Source: Eledone cirrhosa
Lineage: Eukaryota
DNA length: 64,000 nt
Assembly (NCBI GenBank): GCA_964016885.1
Contig: OZ024741.1
Coordinates: 74,896,001 to 74,960,000 of the forward strand
Reading direction: 5' to 3'
In this document: one piece after another, positions 57,801-64,000 of the stretch
Position numbering within the stretch: position 1 is the stretch's first letter
How the letters are laid out: every line of letters begins with the position of its first letter
Made by a program: the position numbers and the translations under genes
Notes under the pieces: model-generated
The model's input: the letters and a program-made list of their open reading frames with translations, nothing else
What the model was told of the DNA's origin: nothing
Databases searched by the model: none

Positions 57801-58991
57801 ACAATATATAAACAGTTTTGACGTACCCTATTAGATGCAACCATTATTTTTGGAAGCTGTCTGGATAGTGAGATGTTTATAATTATTTTATTAGGTATAG
57901 TGTTAAGCACAGTTAGAAAAAGACGGAGAGAGAGAAGGAGAGAAAAAGAAGGAGAGAGAGAAAAAACTTGGAGAAATACCGGAGAGAGAGAGAGAAATGT
58001 ATGTAGAAAAGAAAGATATAAATAGATAGGAGGAAATAAAAAAGAAAGAAAAAAGGAAGAAATAAGAAAAACAAAAGAAAGCAACAGAGATAATAATTCA
58101 TCATACAGATAGAAAAACTCAAGAGAGAGGGGGATATAGTGACAACTTTACGTCATGTTATATTAAGTTGAGTTAACAATTTATATGAAATGAATAATAA
58201 AATATAAATATCAATATTCATGAATGGGACATAGATATATAATATGAGAAAATAACATTGTTCAATAATGACCATATGTTTAGTTTAAAAACTTGAGGTC
58301 AATATACCAAAATCTGAGTTAAAACCTTCAAAAAATACCCTATTTATAAAAATCAGGATACAAATATGTATATATATATATACACACATATGTACGTCCT
58401 GAAAAAAGAAATTATGTCTACTCAAGTCAATAATATAGACACACAAATGATTTCACTTGATCACTTCTATACATTTCCTGTGTTATAAAAATTTCACAGT
58501 ATATATACATAAAAATACGATTAATATTCATGTCCTCATATATATGATTTCCGTTCATGTACTTAATATTATGCATATCTGCAACACACATCAACATATA
58601 CACACACACATATATACACATACATATGTATAAATAAATATCTGCGTGAGTCTTCCAGCATCGTTATGTATATATACAGACATATATACAAACACATAAA
58701 TAGACCCTATAACACTTTTATATGCATGTTAATACACACATATGGCTTTGTATAGAGATAATCAAATATCAATATATTAATATAGAAATATCAAAGCATT
58801 AAATATCTTTAAAACACTATAGAGTATCTCAACTTAAAATAATATGTTTTATATATTTATTATAGAAATTTATCCTACCTATATCTCAAACAAGATATTG
58901 CAAGGGTAGACATATGAAAGTTATTAGAAGCTATCAGAGTCAAAACAAATAAAAAAAAATAAATAAATAAAAAAAAAATAAAAAATAAAAA

Positions 58992-59064
<73 letters not shown>

Positions 59065-59142
59065 CGTATAATAAGAGGTTGACGGGACTAGCTTAAAGTT
59101 TCCCTGCTAGTAATAGTTGTACCTCAGCGTACATATATGGAG

Positions 59143-59217
<75 letters not shown>

Positions 59218-59324
59218 ACTAGGAGTATAAATGCATCAAGAGAAGCGGAGTTGGTATAGAGATAGATAAAATCCCGACCGCTTGGTGCCGTGGTAGGGAT
59301 TTCTCTCTCTCTCTCACTCTCTTT

Positions 59325-59960
59325 TGTGGGTTCGTAGGCGTGATCAGAATAGGGTTGCTTTACAGCGACACATTCAGAGCCAAATTGTTTGATGTATTTA
59401 ACGATGACTGGGAGTGACATAAAATCTGATAGCCGTGCTTGCCCCTGGCCGAAAACCAGCGTAGCGTGACAGCGAATCTCTGAAAGGGTATTGCGTTATA
59501 AAGACTATAGAGTTTGCCAATGATTATAAAATACTCTTTAAGAGATTGACTATATGGGGTCAAAGACCCTTTTAGAGAAAGAGTAAGGAAGCCTATGTTG
59601 GCAATTTATTACGGTTTCAGCTCTATTGTTGATTAGTGTGTGAGAGGAGCTTATAATATAATGTCTATTATACTCCACTGGGTTGTGTACCTAGTGTTAG
59701 ATTCTATTAGTTGAGTGATATAGTTTGCTGGAGTGGTTGAGAACTTGAGTTGTCTTTTCCTAAACGAGTGGCAGTGGGTTCTAAATCTAGTTTTGAATTC
59801 ATTAGAAGTAGCCCCTAAATAAAATTTAGTACTATTATCTGTAGTGACTGTGCACTTATATATCACATTACTAACTAGGCAATGAGCCTGAAGTGTACAG
59901 TTGCTAGGGGTCTTACAATTACAATTTCTGTTGTTACTATTTCTAACAGAACAGGAATCA
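59325..59960 (-). pseudogene. PLE GIY-YIG remnant plus downstream sequence (part duplicated at about 55982-56180)
   Basis: CNCKTPSNCTLQAHC..VIYKCTV..FYLGATSNEFKTRFRTH..QWSII. TTGTGGGTTCGTAGGCGTGA begins both duplicated blocks. Confidence 0.75.
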
Positions 59961-59994
59961 CTATTATTATTATTATTATTGTTATTGTTATTAC

Positions 59995-60197
59995 TCTTTG
60001 AGTCTCAGTCATTGATGTTAGTTAACTGGAAAGTTTGTTGAGATGAATATCAAGCCACTACCTGCAGCCTCAGATATTCAGGACGTATCGGAGGGTTCTT
60101 GCTGTTCCTAGCAAGCATGCCTTTTGAAGCGTTCCAAAAAGCGTGAAGGGGCCAATTTTCTTGAAACATCTCTGGAAACTTTTTGAGATAGTCCCTA

Positions 60198-60231
<34 letters not shown>

Positions 60232-60972
60232 TTTGAGTCTCTGTCATTGATGTTATTTAACTGGAAAGTTTGTTGAAATGAACGTCAAGCTGCTGCCTGC
60301 AGCCTCAGACATTCAGGACGTATCGGAGGTTTCTTGCTGTTTCCAGCAAGCATGCCTTTTGAAGTGTTCCAAAAAAAACGGGGCTGGGCTAATCTTCTTT
60401 AACCATCCTTGAAAACTCTTTTAGATAGTACCTAGTGCTCCTATGACAATTAGGACGACCTTGATCTCATGGCAGTTCCAAATCGTTTTTAACTCCCACT
60501 TTAAATCCTGGTATCGGTTAATTTTCTCCCTCGTCTTTTCTTGCACTCTCGTGTCAAATGGGCAGACTACATCTACAATCAGGCACGATCTTTTTTCCTT
60601 GCCCAAAACCACCAGGTCGAGCCTATTGTGTTCTAATTTCTTGTCCGTCTGTATCCTAAAATCCCATATGACCTTCACCTGATCGTTTTCTATCACCGAC
60701 TCTGGCTTATGCTCATACCACTTCTCAGAATGTGGTAAATTGTTTACTTTGCATAGATGCCAGTGAATCACCCTGCCTATCACATCATGTCTCCAGCCTT
60801 TATAGTGAGTCTAAGCTAGGTGTTTACACTCGGATACAATGTGAGCCACAGTCTCCTCTCTTCACAGATCCTACACAGTGAGCTAGCCTCCTCCTTGTCA
60901 ATATGGTGTTTCAGCCACTTCGTCCTGAGGGCTTGCTCTTCCGCAGCCATTAGCATTCCTTCTGTAGCTTTT
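59995..60972 (-). mobile_element. Two 3' fragments of an R4/Dong-like RLE LINE, each ending at (TAA)n
   Basis: WYEHKPE, WDFRIQTDKKLEHNR.DLVV, IVDVVCPFD, EKINRYQDL, IVIGALG. Shared 3' UTR at 59995 and 60230. Confidence 0.88.
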
Positions 60973-60974
60973 GA

Positions 60975-61157
60975 GTATCGGTAGAGGGTCGGACGTCATG
61001 CTTTGACGCATAGAGTTACGGCCCTTGCCATTCTGAGTTAAAATCCCGCCGCGGTTAACTTTGCCTTTCATATTTATGCGTCGATAAAATAAAGTACCAG
61101 TAATGCACTAGGTAATTGCTGGCCTTGTGCCAAAAGTAGAAACAATTATTATTATTA
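60975..61157 (+). mobile_element. SINE family A with a (TTA)n tail
   Basis: Matches 44449-44640. Confidence 0.88.
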
Positions 61158-62107
61158 TTGGAATGTCTTCAGGCGCTCACAGCACTCGACCAATCGGGCA
61201 ATGTGATCGGTGGAAACTCCACCTTGGCGTTCTATAGAGGATTAGTGGAGGGGAAGAGCGACGACGTACTTCAGGAAACTCTAGGCGTCGACGAAAATCA
61301 ACTAGCCAATCTCTTTGGAAGAACTTTCGGGCCGGGTCCTATGGACAACTTCCAGAAATCCCTAGCCTGGCAGTGCTACCGAGGAGCTTTGCCAGTTCGG
61401 AATAAACTCTACAGGCATGGAGGTGCCGTCAGCCGGGATTGTCCGAGATGCGCGCAGGGCGTCGAAACCGTCCTGATGCACTCGTCCAGTGTCCGAGCAT
61501 TGCTGACTTGTGGGTTTATGTCGAACACCTGCTGTCGCGTGTAGAACGGATCCGGCTATCAGCTGAGTCCATCGTGAGGATTGACCCACCCTCTTACTTT
61601 AGCCGGGAAGGGCAGGCAGTTTTTATCTGTCTGGTGGCCATGGCGAAAGAGATAGTATGGTGGACACGTCTGAAAGGGCTGAAGACGAGCACTTACCTCT
61701 TCAGTGATGCCCTGATTAACTTTTTCCAATTTCATTTGAAAAGGAAAATCAGGTTAGAGAGGGAGGTGCTCTCTTCCCAGCTTTTTGTTGAAAGATGGGT
61801 GAAAGAGGCAAGAATGGCCCGAGTGAGTGGACCTGCTCTGAGTATATGCCTGTAAATTGAAGATGGAAAACTGGGAGAGGACAATTGCCCTGGTGGTCAG
61901 GGTCACCGTGGCTTTTTAATGGGCTTTCTCCACGATGGCCCTCGGAAATCTCCCCCCTATTGGGGAGTTTTTTCATTGTTCTATTATTACATACTCTGTT
62001 TTTTTGTTTTTTTTACACGCAGAAATGCCCTTTTGTACCGTCCTGTATTGTCCTGTACTGTCCTTAATGTCTACTTTGTGTAAACCCTTGTGGTTAATAA
62101 AGAAAGC
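61158..62107 (+). mobile_element. 3' fragment of a Tx1/L1-like LINE (C-terminal zinc-knuckle region), frameshifted
   Basis: LAWQCYRGALPVRNKL..CPRC..ETV..ALVQCP..LW..AKEIVWWTR, and a T-rich 3' UTR ending AATAAA. Confidence 0.78.
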
Positions 62108-62117
62108 ATTATTATTA

Positions 62118-62149
<32 letters not shown>

Positions 62150-62151
62150 GT

Positions 62152-63080
62152 TTTTTGAGTCTCAGTCATTGATGTTAGTTAACTGGAAAGTTTGTTGAAA
62201 TGAATATAAAGCCACTACTTGCAGCCTCAGATATTCAGGACGTATCGGAGGGTTCTTGCTGTTCCCAGCAAGCATGCCTTTTGAAGTGTTCCAAAAAGCG
62301 GGGCGGGGCCAAATTTCTGGAAACTCCTTGAGATAGTACCTAGTGTGTCTATGACAATCGGCACCACTTTGACCTCATGGCAGTTCCAAATCCTTTTTAC
62401 CTCCCACTTTAAGTCCTGGTATCGGTTAATTTTCTCCCTCTCCTTCTCTTGCACTCTCGTGTCGAATGGGCAGGCCACATCCACAATCAGGCACGATCTT
62501 TTTTCCTTGTCCAAAACCACCAGGTCAGGTCTATTGTGTTCCAGTTTCTTGTCCGTCTGTATCCTAAAATCCCACAGCACCTTCACATGATCGTTTTCTA
62601 TCACCGACTCTGGCTTATGCTCATACCACTTCTCAGAATGTGGTAAATTGTTTACTTTGCATAGGTGCCAGTTGATCACCCTGCCCATCACATCATGTCT
62701 CCAGCCTTTATAGTGAGTCTGGGCTAGGTGTTTACACTCAAATACAATGTGAGCCACAGTCTCCTCTCTCTCTCCACAGATCCTGCACAGTGGGCAAGCC
62801 TCCTCCTTGTAAATATGGTGTTTCAGCCACTTCGTTTTGAGGGCCTGCTCTTGCGCAGCCATTAGCATTCTTTCTGTAGCCTTTTTAAGGTCTCCTCTTT
62901 TCAACCAGTTCCATGTATGTGGATCTCTGAATTCCGTTTTCTCAAAGAATGTACTATGAAAGAATTTTTCATGAAGGCTGCTCTTTCTCCTTGTTGTTAT
63001 TTCCTCCTTGGACATCCCCTGGTCTAGTGTCCTCTCCTTCAGTACAATTCTGAGCATTGGCTCCTTACTATCAGTCACGT
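62152..63080 (-). mobile_element. R4/Dong-like RLE LINE 3' fragment
   Basis: 283-aa ORF with AAQEQAL, CRICG..HIV.EC, RHD, HNRPDLVV, DVACPFD. Confidence 0.9.
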
Positions 63081-63181
63081 ATTTGTATTATTAACTTTGC
63101 CTTTCATCCTTACGGGGTCGATAAAATAAAGTACCAGTAATGCACTGGATAATTGCTGGCCTTGTGCCTAACGAAGAAACA

Positions 63182-63214
<33 letters not shown>

Positions 63215-63219
63215 GTTGT

Positions 63220-64000
63220 TCTTTGAGTCTCAGTCATTGATGTTAGTTAACTGGAAAGTTTGTTGAAAAGAATATCACGCCACTACCTGCAGCCTCAGAT
63301 ATTCAGGATGTATCGGAGGGTTCTTGCTGTTCCTAGCAAGCATGCTTTTGAAGCGTTCCAAAAAGGGTGGCAGGGCCAATTTTCTTTAACCATCCCTGGA
63401 AACCTTTTGAGATAGTACCTAGTGCGCCTATGACAATCGGGACCACTTTGACTTCATGGCAGTTCCAAATCCTTTTTACCTCCCACTTTAAGTCCTGGTA
63501 TCGGTTAATTTTCTCCCTCTCCTTCTCTTGCACTCTCGTGTCGAATGGGCAGGCCACATCCACAATCAGGCACGATCTTTTTTCCTTGTCCAAAACGACC
63601 AGGTCAGGTCTATTGTGTTCCAGTTTCTTGTCCGTCTGTATCCTAAAATCCCACAGCACCTTCACATGATCGTTTTCTATCACCGACTCTGGCTTATGCT
63701 CATACCACTTCTCAGAATGTGATAAATTTTTTACTTTGCATAGGTGCCAGTGGATCACCCTGCCCATCACATCATGTCTCCAGCCCTTATAGTGAGTCTG
63801 GGCTAGGTGTTTACACTCGGATACAATGTGAGCCACAGTCTCCTCTCTCTCTCCACAGATCCTGCACAGTGGGCTAGCCTCCTCCTTGTAAATATGGTGT
63901 TTCAACCACTTCGTTTTGAGGGCCTACTCTTGCGCAGCCATTAGCATTCCTTCTGTAGCCTTTTTAAGGTCTCCTCTTTTCAACCAGTTCCATGTCTGCG
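63220..64000 (-). mobile_element. Another R4/Dong-like RLE LINE 3' portion, continuing past the right edge and preceded by a partial SINE at 63090-63185
   Basis: 190-aa ORF highly similar to 62227-63078, with (TAA)n at the 3' junction. Confidence 0.9.

Noticed and set aside
59075-59130. Minus-strand CTGAGGT..GAAAAC hammerhead-like motif downstream of the GIY-YIG remnant
   Set aside because: Core mismatch and no convincing stems

Overview
Repeat-dense, AT-rich animal DNA with no confidently identifiable host gene. The mix of huge (TA)n-derived arrays, tRNA-derived SINEs and RTE LINEs is reminiscent of octopus-type cephalopod genomes, but that is inference. The centrepiece is a young Penelope-like retroelement (PLE) with an intact 1210-aa ORF: an Asn-rich low-complexity insert, an RT with a long motif A-B' insertion, a Cys linker and a C-terminal GIY-YIG endonuclease. 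It lies head-to-head with a near-identical inverted copy running off the left edge. Reading by eye, I find about a dozen type I hammerhead ribozyme (HHR) motifs from about seven unrelated sequence families. They occur in PLE pseudo-LTRs, in perfect fold-back palindromes embedded in (TA)n, and in a non-coding ~420-bp tandem repeat with one HHR per monomer (retrozyme-like, a candidate circular-RNA producer). Also present: RTE LINEs (one with a PHD-like finger inside its RT), CRE-, R4/Dong- and Tx1-like fragments, many SINEs, a TTAGGG-derived 44-bp array and a 200-N gap. All structures were assigned by manual inspection, and boundaries of degenerate elements are approximate.
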